A DNA stretch of 63,143 nucleotides, the filler included, from Octopus bimaculoides (Eukaryota), in NCBI RefSeq assembly GCF_001194135.2. It is 4 parts of 4 records of this genome, joined end to end, with 100 filler letters (N's around TTAATTAATTAA, not from the genome) between each part and the next. Parts side by side here need not be neighbours in the genome. Positions count along the whole stretch, not along the records: positions 22,757 to 45,855 come from NC_068981.1; 3 more parts are not named here. One strand, written 5' to 3'. Position 1 is the first letter of the stretch. The number at the start of each line of letters is the position of its first letter. The notes under the pieces are model-generated. The model was given only the letters and a program-made list of their open reading frames with translations, had not been told where the DNA came from and searched no databases. Positions 22,757-35,400 of this stretch are shown here, piece by piece. The translations under genes and the position numbers were made by a program.

Positions 22757-25700
22757 GTCGTGTCACATTTGAGGGTTCTTTCCGCAGTGTGTATCCGATC
22801 CATCTCCATTTCCTTCGTCTAATCTGAACATGTATGGGCTCCTGGTTGGCCCTTTCCCACAGGTCGGTGTTTGACACTCTGTCGAACCACTTCAGATGGA
22901 GGATCTACCGGAGACATTTGTTGATGAAGGTCTGGATCTTCTTGTAGTTGCTGCAGGTGGCTCTCCATGTTTCAGAGCCATACAAAAGCACAGATTTTAC
23001 GTTTGAACTAAATAAGCGGAGTTTAGTTCGAGTTGAGATGGCAGTGGATTTCTATACGGACCAAAGAATAGCGAAGGCTTGCCAAGCCTTCTTGCTTTTT
23101 GCAGTGATGTCCGCGTCTGATCCACCTGATTTGCTGATCTTGCTGCCAAGATACACAAACTCACTAACGTCCTCCACAGGTGCCTCTCGATTGTGATTGG
23201 CTCTTCCTGCTTGTTGTTGATACGCAGCACTTTTGTCTTTTCCTGGCTGATCCCCAAGCGCACTCGCCGTGAAGTTCCTCTCAGGTGGGCTACCTTATCT
23301 TGCATGTCTTGCAAGCAATGTGACAGTAGCACAAGATCATCTGCGTCGCCCAAGTCTTCCAGCTTGTTCATCAGTGTCCACTGAATACCTTTCCTGGAGG
23401 TAGCGTAGGCCGTCCTGGTGACCCAGTCCAGCACGACGAGGAAGAGGAGCGATGACAACAAACAGCCCTGTCTGACTCCTGTGCTGACCCTGAATTCCTC
23501 CGACAATCTCCCTGTTTTCTTGACCTGGCAAGGAGTTTTCTTGACCTCGCAAGAAAACTCCTCGTAGAGTAATCGGATAATGCCCACGATCTTCTGTGGC
23601 ACACCATAGTGTCGTAAGACGTCCTAGATTGTCTGCCTGTCTACGCTGTCAAATGCTTTTTCAAAGTCGACGAAGCACACATAGAGTGACGTTTGCCATT
23701 CCATTGTCTGCTCAAGATGACTCTGAGCGTCGCAATCTGGTCTGTGGATGATCTCTCCTTTCTGAAACTTGCCTGCTCATCTCTGAGTTGCTTGTCAATG
23801 GTATCTTTCAATCGCTCCGGGATTATTCTTGTAAGGACTTTGCTTGAAATGGAAAGCAAGGTAATTCCTCTCTACTTTTCGCATTGTGATAAATCCCCAC
23901 TCTTTGGCAGCTTCACCAAAAGACCCTTCTTCCAGTCAGTTGGGATCTTCTCTGTCGTCCATACCAGGTTCAGCACATGGTGTATATGATCGATCATCTC
24001 TTCTCCTCCTGTCTTCAGTACCTCTGCTGGTATGCCGGCCACTCCTGCCACCTTTCCGTTCTTTAAGCTCTTCACGGCTTTGCGGATTTCTGGCTTGGTG
24101 ATTTCTCCAATGCGGATATTGAGCGGGATCCCTGGCCCCACTTCTGGCGGATCTTGAGGTGGAAGGCGGTTAAGTGTTTCTTGGAAATGTTCTTTCCATC
24201 TCGCCAGTTGATCCTCAATGGAAGTTAGCAACCATCCGGCCTTGTCCTTTACTGGTCTGACGGGGTTGCCTCTCCTTCCATTCAGTTACCTTATTGTTGC
24301 ATATAGTGCCATCAAGTCTCCTTTCCTCGCTGCTGTTTCTGTTTCGTCGGCCACTTCATTGAAGTATGTTGTTCTGTCTCTCCTTAGTTTCTTTTTGACT
24401 TCTCTCATCACCTCACTATACTTACTGGCGACGGCCTGCTTCTGCTGATGGGTTCTGGCTTGGTTCAACTCCTGCTTCAGAATCTTCCTCTCCTCCACCT
24501 TCTGCCAAGTCTCGTCACTTATCCAAGGCTTCCTGTTCACTGGTCGTCTTCCCAGAACCTCTTTGCACAGTCCAATTGTAGCCTCCTTCAAGTTTGTCCA
24601 GGATTGTTCCACAGTTGCCTCTGCCTCCTCTGTGTGTAGGGCTTCAAATCGATTGAGGAGAGCCAACTAGAAAGCTTGTTTTGACTCTTCTTTTTTCAGT
24701 TTCTGAACATCAAATTTCACCGGTGGGTTTGCCTGTCTTCTCTTTGTTGAAAGCTTCACCTTGAGTTTCGCTATCACCAAGTGGTGGTCCGATCCAGTAT
24801 TTGCTCCTCGCTTGGCTCTCACATCTTGAAGTGAACTCCTCCAACGTTGCCGGACTGCGATATGGTCGATCTGGTTTTCCGTCTGCTAATCCGGTGATAC
24901 CCAGTTGGCTTTATGACAACGTCTGTATGGGAAGAGGGTGCCTCCAATGGTAAGTTCGTTGACTGCACAGACATCAGCTAGGAGTTCCCCGTTTTCATTC
25001 ATCACTCCGAGGCCAATTCTACCCATCACTCTCTCTCTTCCACTATTCTCACTTCCAACTTTGGCATTCATGTCTCCCATAAGAATCAACATGTCTCTTC
25101 TGGGAATCCTGTCTACCACTTTCTGTAACTGGGAGTAGAAGAGGTCTGTTGTGTCTTCCTCCGCATTGTTTGTAGGTGTATAACACATAATGATGGGCAC
25201 TTGCTGGAACCTGGACTCAAACATGGCCGTGATGATGCGATCAGACACCGATTCCCACTCCATCAGACTCCTTGCTACTTCCTTCGACAACAGCAGCGCT
25301 ACCCCAGCTTCATGGTGGTCTTCTTCATTGTCTTTACCCGAGTAGAGAAGTATTTCGCCTGTCTCTAATTTGATTTCTCCGAAGGAGTTCCATCTTACTT
25401 CACACATGCCGAGTAGCGTGAGGTGATACTGGTGCATCTCCCTCACCGCTTGTGCGAACCTTCCTGTCTCACGGAGTGCTCTCACATTTCAGGTTCCAAG
25501 AAGGATGGGCTTCTTCTGTGAGAGCAGCTTTGGACCGCCCTTCAAGGTTGTCTTCGGCCCTGTAGCTTCCTGACAGGTTTGGCTACAGCGCGTCATTAGT
25601 CTCCGGATCGGAACCCTGGTTCTCTCAAGAACTGAATCAGTGTTAAATGAACTGTTGTTGGTTTCTGTAACAAGTGTTTTTTACGTGTATAGGATGTTAG

Positions 25701-25870
25701 CACAACCCACGAATCTGGAGGGCCGATGTGTATACTTTAGTCTGACTCGTCTTCGACCAAACCAGCAAGGTTGAACCTACCAGGGGAACACGTCCCCCAC
25801 TGGCACATGCTCTAGAGATCATAAGAGTATGCAAGCCTCCCCGCCACGTCAAGGCCACACATAGGGGGAG
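22757..25870 (-). mobile_element. Near full-length RTE-clade non-LTR retrotransposon (APE + RT single ORF, disrupted; 3' end lost in gap)
   Basis: 5' UTR begins with RTE-type GGCCTTGACGTGGCGGGGAGGCTTG. ATG at 25596. GT*NVRAL, LLGMCEVRW, MGDMNAKVG, DHHLV, GVRQGCLLS, ADDLVLL and RRRKWRWIG motifs. A few stops and frameshifts. Confidence 0.95.
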
Positions 25871-26553
25871 ATTTTAAAGATCTAAAAACAAGGAAATTAA
25901 CTTCAATGACATTAGCTTATCAAAATCTCAACACTATACCTCGGACTAAAAGTCTCAATTATGTTGGTGTATTTGCAAGTTGTCTCCCTTCAAATAGTCG
26001 AAAAGTGCAAGATTACAGTATACTATAATAGCAGTGAAATATATGGGGATGACTGGAGTAATGTTTGCTGCCTCTGATAATTATAATCAGTAAATAGTAG
26101 ATTTTGTTACTCTCTGCGTTCCAAATTCAAATCACACTGAAGTCAAATTTGCCCTTCATCCTTTCAGAATAGATAAAAAAACCACCCCAAAGCCCAGTAC
26201 CAATTCAGGGAGGTATATTGACTGAAATTGTAAGAATTTGCACAAGATTCCATGTGGAAATTGTCCCGGTTCCTTAGTTCTGAGTTCAAATCATGAAATG
26301 GTCTATTTGGGATAAACATCTCTACCTGTTACCGAGGGTGCTCTTAGTGGTGTCCACTCTGATGAAAGCATTCGGGTACGGTCTCTGGTTTGAGGTTAGC
26401 TTCCTCTCTTCCCCCTACCAGCCTCGGTGGACACAAGGAGGCTCTAAGGGTTATGGGTTATCCTGACTAAAGGATAAAAATATAGTCTGTTTGTAGGAAT
26501 GTAAGTATGTAATGATGTTCTTTTGTAGGCATCAATAGAAGAGGGAAAGAGAG

Positions 26554-26605
<52 letters not shown>

Positions 26606-26699
26606 GAAGAGAGAGAGTGTGTCTGTGTATGCGTGTGTGGGGAGAGAGGGAGAGAGGGAGAGAGAGAGAGGAGGGAATCAATAACGTGAGGAGCTAAGT

Positions 26700-27327
26700 C
26701 GATTACATTGACCCAGTGTTCGAACAGTACTTATTTTATCGACCTAGAAAGGATAAAAAGCAAAGTTGACGCCGGCGGAATTTGAACTCAGAACGTGAAG
26801 ACGGATGGAATGCCGCTAAGCATTTTACCTGGAGTGCAAATGATTCTGCCAGCTCGCTGTTTAACTATTTCCATTTCGTTATTGCCCACAAGGGGCTAAA
26901 CATAGAGGGAACAAACAAAAATATTCTTTTCTACTCTAGGAACCAGGCCCAAAATTTTTGGGGAAGGGGACAGACGATTAGATCGATCCCAGTACACAAC
27001 TGGTACTTAATTTATCGACTCCAAAAGGATGAATGGCAAAGTCAACCTCGGCGTAAAGACAGACGAAATACTACTAAGCATTTCACCCGGCGTGCTAACG
27101 TTTCTTATTTCTTTATTGCCCACAAGGGGATTAACATAGAGGAGACGAACAAAGGGATTAAGTCGATTACATCGACCTCAGTGCGTAACTGGTACTTAAT
27201 TTATCGACCTCGAAAGGATGAAAGGCAAAGTCGACCTCGGCAGAATTTGAACTCAGAACGTAGCAGCAGATGAAATACCGCTAAGCATTTCGCCCGGAGT
27301 ACTAACGTTTCTGCCAGCTCGCCGCCT
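26700..27327 (-). mobile_element. Three tandem/overlapping SINE family E copies (head GGCGGCGAGCTGGCAGAA, core GCCTTTCATCCTTTCGGGGTCGATAAA)
   Basis: The same unit recurs more than 15 times between 26.7 and 56.6 kb (e.g. 32575-32695, 33830-34000, 41174-41385, 41900-42028, 44850-45085, 49610-49810, 50101-50400, 55300-55480, 56140-56580). Confidence 0.85.
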
Positions 27328-28880
27328 TACTATGCATAAAATATTACTAAGGAAATCTTTAATAAAAAAGGTTTAAGCTCGAATACAATCATGCTTTTGA
27401 TATAATACACACGTATCCCTCTCCCACGCACGCACATGCCCACAAATGCATATTCTCATTAAGTGCAGTCTTGCAAGCCATGTCAAGTAGAAAGGCTAAG
27501 TGAATCATCATCTGTTTCCATTTAAACAAACTTATAAAGATTCGGTAGAATTAAGATTTATTTTATATGTGATGTATTTGTGCTGATTTTATTTTAAGTT
27601 TCTACTTTGCTATTAGTAATCTTTTTTTATGTTGAATTAAATACAAATTTGGAAGTCTATCAACAAGTGTTTTTCTATCCAATTTTATAGTGTGTACTGT
27701 ATTATGAGTTGCGAAGGTGTTTTGTAAACGCATAATCAACTGACGACTTCTGTTCTATGCAATAGTTTGAATCATGAATTTTATAACTTTCATGTTTATA
27801 TTGGAATTTATATATTACATTCATTACTTCCGTTGCCTGTAAGTTATTAGGTTGTGGTTCCGTGTTGATAAGAAAGTTTATTTTGGAATGTTAAATAACA
27901 ATAGGAAAATACGAACAATCCTTTATAATAAAAAAAAAGATCAAACTTGAACATAGCCTTTAGTCAGTATGAAGCAATCTGGCACGACCGTTTTGACGCA
28001 GCTTATTCGACGTCGCTCATTCGATGCTATATATTTAACATCAGATGTTTTAATATTTTTCTCGTTCTATTCCACCCTCTGTCTCTCCCCCTCACTCTAT
28101 GTGTGTGTCTGAGTGTGAGGATATTTCTCTATGTGTATGAGGAGAGAGAAAGCGTTAATGTCAATTAATAAATTTTAATGCGTCTCCCATCCCTCTCTCA
28201 CACATACTCTTTATATCTGTATGTGTATACTTCTACACACACACACGCGCGCGCGCGCGCGCGCATTAATGGATCTGTTAGAGCGTTGGATCGAATGCTT
28301 TGCAGTATCAGTTTCGGCTCTTTGTGTTGTAAATGCAATGCTTGCAGTCACACTGACACCAGGCTGTGTATTGGGCCTTGCCATTTTCTTGGATATTATA
28401 GGTGGCGTAGGGATCTTACAATCCAAATGCAGAAATCCAACCCCTCCACAGACTTTAAATGATGGTGTACAAAATGTTACAAATAATAAATTTTTAATCT
28501 ATTTAAACTGGGCAGACAAAGACAAAATCCTAACAGTATTTGTTAGCGACTCTCAAAGCCTAAGGGAGATAATTTCAATAAATTAAAAATTAAATTCTCA
28601 AGTTAAGTTTCATGCTTAGGGAAAGAACAAACTGTTCATTATAAGGTTACCTCTATAGATTTCCTGTTATAGACTTCGTAGTACATTATGGTTGCATAAC
28701 GAAATACCGTGTGCTTACAAGTCATTAAACTGATCTTTGTTTTGAAGTAAGGTACAAATAAAGACTTATGTTTCTGTCTATTTGATTCCATCAGCATAGA
28801 ACACCCTACTCAGGCTTGAAGATCCGTGATAGTTTTTTCGTATATAATTAAAGCGTTGTCTATACATACACACAAATTGC

Positions 28881-28922
<42 letters not shown>

Positions 28923-29378
28923 NNNNNNNNNNATATATATATATATATATACACGCACACACATACATATATGGGTGCAGGACGTCACCAACGTTGCAAA
29001 TAACATGAAACACGTAAACAAACGAGGGAAAAATGCGTGAAATGCATAAACAACAAGAAAAAAAAAGTGGAAAACAGGACAAGAGAAAGGACCCTTCATC
29101 AGTTGTCGGCTGTCTGTCTACTCCTTATTTCGAACATTCAACGAGAATCCATTTCCAATTAAGTTATACATATATATATATGTATAACTTAATTGGAATA
29201 TATATATGGTATATAATTTTAAAATTTCGTTTCACGTTATAAGAATCGAAAAATAAAATAAATATAGGGCTGCAAATAGAAGTGCTCAAGTAGAAAACCG
29301 AGGCAAAAGACAAACTCAGTGGTTTAAAAATAAACATCAGAATTGGGCAAACAACTTTATATCATTCCCGTGTGTGTG

Positions 29379-29418
<40 letters not shown>

Positions 29419-29682
29419 AAAAAGATAACGTTGACCACTAACGTGGGTAATTAATGCGCTAGAAATAGATCACATCTTGTGTCTATTAAGACCTAAATTG
29501 TTCTCAACATGAAATATAGCAGCATACCAAAACGTGAGCGGGCAAGACATTTAAAATCACCTAAAAAAGCATTCTCAAACAGGAACCGGTTTCGGATTTA
29601 ACAAATCTTACCATTTGTCCATTCCTCTTCAGCCTGGTTTGTAATGTAACCACAATCATCAGAATCGTATACAGAGTTGCCC

Positions 29683-29806
29683 ACCGCCATGGGTGCGCGT
29701 GCATATGGTTCTGCTAATTACAGCTTAATGGTAGCCAAAACGAAGACTTGAATTTTACCATTAAGCTGTAATTAGCAGAACCATATGCACGCGCACCCAT
29801 GGCGGT
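29683..29806. repeat. Perfect 51-bp inverted repeat with 22-nt loop
   Basis: 29683-29733 is the exact reverse complement of 29756-29806. Confidence 0.97.
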
Positions 29807-29965
29807 AAAAAAAAAAAAAGATTCCCCATGTGCATTTGGTACTCCGGTTGACGGATGCTTGCGTACAAATTCCTTTCGATAGAAAAACTTCAGGGATACC
29901 TATAGAATTCGAACCCAAATCTCCTCTAAACATGACAAGCGTTCTACCATTGGACCAAGGCAACC
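29806..29965 (-). mobile_element. tRNA-derived Pol III unit (SINE-like head) ending in a long T run
   Basis: A box TGGTCCAATGG (29957-29947), B box GGTTCGAATTC (29915-29905), 31-nt spacing, T run at about 29819-29807. Confidence 0.6.
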
Positions 29966-30708
29966 CTTCGAATTCTTTTGTTCATTAAAGAGAATTTATT
30001 CTTCTAGCCAGAGTTGGATTTTGTTGAAGTCATAAAAGAATGTGAAATAATAATTTTTTTAACCCAATATTTGCACACTACTATTTTTAGCTTTATCTGC
30101 TTCGAGATGTACTATTCTGAGAAAGGATCATTTTACATTCTCTTAAAGTTTAATAAATTCTTGTGAAGTCAACAATATTCACACACACACAGCACGCACG
30201 CCCACATGCATGCGTGCACACATGCACACACACACACACACACACACACATACAGCACGCACGCCCACATGCATGCGTGCGCGCACACACATACACACAC
30301 ACACACACACACACCTTTTCTGTTTACATCCTCCCTCAAATGCTATAGCATATTGATATCTCTAATTCTTGTTCTCGTTTTCCGAGAATTCCATACAGTA
30401 ATTCACATCCTGCATTTACTTTTTAGAATCACTGCCTTGTGATTCTTGTAGATAGTGAAAATACACACATCGCCCTACATAAATATTATTAGAACACTAT
30501 TGATTAATAAATGAATACGTATAAAGCTTAATTATGTTTTTATCCCTTTAATTTTACTTCTGCCTTCGAACAGTCTCAACGTCAACATTCCATTATCTAT
30601 GAGAAACCTTCCAGAGTTGAATGGTATTTGTTCCTTTTTCTCTTCATTTTGAGTTCTAACGAACCATAATGTTACTCAACTTTATAAATTGTTTATAGTT
30701 TTCTGTAT

Positions 30709-30995
30709 GGATCTTTCTTATTTGGCGGGCGCATTCTACCGGTGTCCCAAGTGTGAAAATGTTTCGTTAAGAAAGCAAGTGGCGCCCGCCAAATCAGAAA
30801 GATCCAAGATGTTTTATATGATACATTCTACCAGTGTCCCAAGTTTGAAAGTGTTTCGTTAAGAAAACAAGTGGCGCCCGCCANNNNNNNNNNAGAAAGA
30901 TCCAAGATGTTTTATATGATACATTCTACCAGTGTCCCAAGTTTGAAAGTGTTTCGTTAAGAAAACAAGTGGCGCCCGCCAAATCAGAAAGATCC
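30709..30995. mobile_element. Small TIR element with 24-bp TIRs and 8-bp TSD (Merlin-like or hAT-like MITE), internal 92-bp tandem units
   Basis: GGATCTTTCT(T/G)ATTTGGCGGGCGC TIRs. TTCTGTAT duplicated at 30701-30708 / 30996-31003. Confidence 0.75.
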
Positions 30996-31373
30996 TTCTG
31001 TATTCCTTAGCTTATTTAATTAGTTTTATGTCAACTATGTTTTTCTTCAGCTTCTCTTTCCTCCTTTATGATATTAATGTATGCCGTCCTGTCTCTCTCT
31101 CTATATATAGATCATGTACGCATGCCAATTTGAGTTGTTGCACAATTTTGTACATTGATACTTTAGCCATTATCAGTATAGCTTTTGGTGAACTGGCACT
31201 CTCGTTTTTGTATTCTGTTGATCCAATCATCCAATCATACCCTTCTTCCTATTAAACTAGTTTCTACTAATTTACAGTATGTACTTAGTTCAGATAATCC
31301 TGTATTAGAGTCCGGCAAACTTGCAACGGTGAAATTTCAAGATCGCGCGACGCATCCATTTCCAAGTAAGTAT

Positions 31374-31418
<45 letters not shown>

Positions 31419-31428
31419 NNNNNNNNNN

Positions 31429-31465
<37 letters not shown>

Positions 31466-31472
<7 letters not shown>

Positions 31473-32360
31473 AAGTTGTAGCTTCTGTCTGTCTGTTTGC
31501 TTGTTATCGAATTCCTCCTGGGGTTTTGGAGATAGACCCCACCCCATAACCATATATATTCTGAAACTACATTAGCCAGAGTACTTGGATAAGTATATTT
31601 CATTTTGATCAAAGAAATCCCCGGGGGAGGGGGTTGGGGTTTGTGCCCCATCCCGAAAATTTTTTCCCATTGATTTAAATGAAATTTAAACCACAGGTAA
31701 ATGAACAGAAATGATGCCTATTCCCAAAATATCAACAAATTTCAATATTAAGACACCCTAATGGGGGCTAAATCCCCTTATGTTGCAAATTTTGGAAGCC
31801 TATAACTTGATTATTTGAACCTCTATTATAACGGGGTTTTTCTATTAATTAAACGTATAACAACAAAACTACCTCTCTTTTGTAGAAAAATTCTGCAAAG
31901 TTACATATTTTATCTATGACAAAATATCGCTAGAATTATGGCAAGAAAAATTATTAGTGAATGCCTCCACTATTTTAACATTTTCTTTTTATCAATTTTT
32001 CTTCAGACACCCATTATGCCACGGTAAAGGAAGTCCGCTTATGCAAATACTCCACATGCGCAAAGGATGAAGCTTCGTCCTCAATATGAAAGCTGTGATG
32101 CAAGGGAAAAACGACTTTCTAGGCAAAGCCAAAGACAAAGAGAGTCTCACCAATTTGAAAGCTGTGATGCAAGGGAAGAACGACTTTCTAGGCAAAGCCA
32201 AAGACAAAGAGAGTCTCACCAATTTGAAAGCTGTGATGCAAGGGACGAACGACTTTCCAAACAAAGACAGAGGCAAACAGAATCTCGGCAAAATGAAACC
32301 TTTGGTGAGCGCCAAGAAAGACAAGAGCAAGAAACATTTCGCCATATAATTGCAAGAAGA
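31466..32360 (+). mobile_element. Helitron-like 5' portion with Rep/Hel N-terminal repeat region (pseudogenised)
   Basis: TATATAAAG..TGTCTGTCTGTTTG 5'-type start. Splice acceptor just before ATG 32016. MPR*RKSAY..AQRMKL then 69-bp/23-aa repeats ESCDAREERLSRQSQRQRESHQF, resembling animal Helitron ET/ES-x-E-x-R-x-x-R-L repeats (from recall). Confidence 0.6.
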
Positions 32361-32411
32361 AATTACATTATTTACATTTGACGGATATTTGTCCTCATCT
32401 TGTTTGTTGTT

Positions 32412-32458
32412 AACACAAACGTTTCGGCTGATATACCCTCCAGCCTTCATCACGTGTC
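32412..32458 (-). ncRNA. Degenerate minimal type-I hammerhead ribozyme motif in a Penelope-like fragment
   Basis: GACAC-gTGATGA-A-GGCTG(10 nt)CAGCC-GAAA-CG-TT-T-GTGTT. Core C3 is G and there is one extra base, so probably inactive. Confidence 0.55.
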
Positions 32459-35400
32459 TTGGGGAAATTTCGAACCTGGGTTTTTATTCCTAAGGTATTT
32501 TTCAATGTTATTGTTGTTGTTGTTATTCAGATCACTGAATAATAATAATAATTAATATTAATTTCTTTATTACCCACAGGGGGCTAAACATAGAGGGGAC
32601 AAACAAGGATAGACAAAGGGATTAAGTCGATTACATCGATCCCAGTGCGTAACTGGTACTTCTTTAATCGACCCCGAAAGGATGAAAGGCAAAGTTTCTG
32701 GGGACTCGAAGTTAGTTCATAATATTGCCAGATATTGTTCACCAGAACATGCAACTAGCAATGGGAAGAACTAAAGCCGATGTTAACGACTAAACCCCCT
32801 CCCTTCGAAACTGGTAAACTTGTACCTAAATCAGAAACAATTATTATCAGAACATAAAATTGCCCTTTAAAACTTAATGCATTCTTCATTCCATAAACTT
32901 GCCTTCATTTGATTAATTATGCACGATATTAATTTTTCTCTTAGCAGTGATTTATAACTTTTGGTCTCTTCTAGTTCTATGCATTTAAACCCATCATTTT
33001 GTATTAGTTCATAATCTATGTTGTAATGCATACCAAAACTATTTTTAATTGTACAAAAAATTAGTTGTGCGCTTGATTTTATCTGAATTTACGAAACTCT
33101 GTTGTGTTCCTTGGAGAGAATTAATGCAAATTTATCGAAGATGTCGAAAAGGAAAGCCATTAAATTTATAATGCAATCAAATACTTTAATATTTATTTTG
33201 TGTCAGACTGCATAATTTAACGCTTGTCAGTAGCACATTATAAATAACTTATGCTGTTGTTGCTTCTAAATCTATCAAAGTAAGAAACAATGCTGATAAA
33301 TAGTCATCCAACTTAGATTTTAGAAAATTCATAAAAACATTTATGAAGCTCCTCCATGATAATAAATATTTGTGGTTCGTTTTGTATAATTTACTGAAAA
33401 TTACATTTCTTGTTGATTTAGTAATATACACTATAATGAGAGTTACAGAAAATTATGCATGCGGGCAGTTTCATAAATTTATTCCATTCTTAATATTGAG
33501 ATTCTACTTCGTCCGCCAATTCTACTAAATATATGTATTAATCTATGTAAAAAAATCTATCATAATCTATGTAAAAAAAAAAACACACACTATGGTAAAA
33601 ATTTCACTGGTTAGTTTAGTATTATTTTCATTAATTTTATTAAAAGCCGCACTGACAGCTTTTAAAAAATTCATTGGGCATATTTACGATGTTCGTGCGA
33701 AAATGTCATTCAAAACGCTTTTTTATTTAGCGAAACTAACAAAACTGTTTTATTATTTATTTTTTTTGCGCCCACAAGCAGTAACTTATGCTTTTGTTAT
33801 TCAGAAAAAATAAATTTTCTGCTATAGACGCAAGGCTTGAAATTTTGGGGGAAGGGGCTAGTCAATTACATCGGCTCTAGTAGTGTTCAACTGGTACTTA
33901 TTCTATCGACCCCGAAAGGATAAATAGCAAAGCCGACCTAGGCAAAATTTGAACTTAGAACGCAAAGAGGGACGAAATGCCACTAAGCATTTTATTCGGC
34001 GCTTCTATTCATAATATATATATGCATGCGGGCAGTTTCATAAATTTATTCCATTCTTAATATTGAGATTCTACTTCGTCCGCCAATTCTACTAAATATA
34101 TGTATTAATCTANNNNNNNNNNNNNNNNNNNNNNNNNNNNNNNNNNNNNNNNNNNNNNNNNNNNNNNNNNNNNNNNNNNNNNNNNNNNNNNNNNNNNNNN
34201 NNNNNNNNNNNNNNNNNNNNNNNNNNNNNNNNNNNNNNNNNNNNNNNNNNNNNNNNNNNNNNNNNNNNNNNNNNNNNNNNNNNNNNNNNNNNNNNNNNNN
34301 NNNNNNNNNNNNNNNNNNNNNNNNNNNNNNNNNNNNNNNNNNNNNNNNNNNNNNNNNNNNNNNNNNNNNNNNNNNNNNNNNNNNNNNNNNNNNNNNNNNN
34401 NNNNNNNNNNNNNNNNNNNNNNNNNNNNNNNNNNNNNNNNNNNNNNNNNNNNNNNNNNNNNNNNNNNNNNNNNNNNNNNNNNNNNNNNNNNNNNNNNNNN
34501 NNNNNNNNNNNNNNNNNNNNNNNNNNNNNNNNNNNNNNNNNNNNNNNNNNNNNNNNNNNNNNNNNNNNNNNNNNNNNNNNNNNNNNNNNNNNNNNNNNNN
34601 NNNNNNNNNNNNNNNNNNNNNNNNNNNNNNNNNNNNNNNNNNNNNNNNNNNNNNNNNNNNNNCACGCACACGCACACGCACACACACACATATATGTAGT
34701 GGCTTCATGTAGGCATGGCGTGGATTAGATCCTCGATAGCCAAGCTTCACTAAACAGTTGAACAGCACTTTTCTCACGGTAAAACAACAGTTTTTCTGCG
34801 AGTGACAGTAGTTACATTTGCCAGATGCCTTCGCTAAGCAGAATAATGTCTTTGCCACCTGACCCTTCTAACCTCTTCTAGGCCACCAAAAGCTAGAATA
34901 GAGATAACTGACCGCCAACGAAATCTATTGTTCTCAGCAATATGCCTATCCTTCTGACTGGTTTTGGATAGTTATAAAAGCAAGTTCTTGCAGGTTGTAT
35001 ATTCATTGTTGATCCATGGTGAAGTAACTGACGAACAGAGAAGTGTTGGAACCTGTGTGAGTTGCTGGTTGTTGTAAAGTGAACTGTAATTTAAAAGAAC
35101 AGTAAAATGAAACTGCTTGCTTTGTGGGGCGAGTAAGCCATTTCATCCTCATTTTTATCGTACTCATAGTCCATTCGATATGTATTTTTTCCACGGTAAC
35201 TGCAGGGAATTTGCCTTTTAGCTGTTGAAATATGTCACAAACATTTTAACTAATCTAAATTTTGCTTATGCCGAAACACTGCTTGGCGCTAACATTTTGA
35301 TATATATATGTAATAAAATAAAGCTACATAAGTCCTGTATTTGTTTGTAATCCACTTTTCGCTTTAAATTCACATAGGAGTGAGCTGTGATCATAATAAG

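Noticed and set aside
26320-26470. GC-richer structured island containing CTGATGA
   Set aside because: No downstream GAAA or stem arrangement for a hammerhead, and no convincing HDV-like fold.
33454-34112. Exact 90-bp duplication (33454-33545 / 34020-34112); likewise 42836-42940 and 50120-50285
   Set aside because: Each abuts an N gap and is 100% identical, typical of scaffolding overlap.
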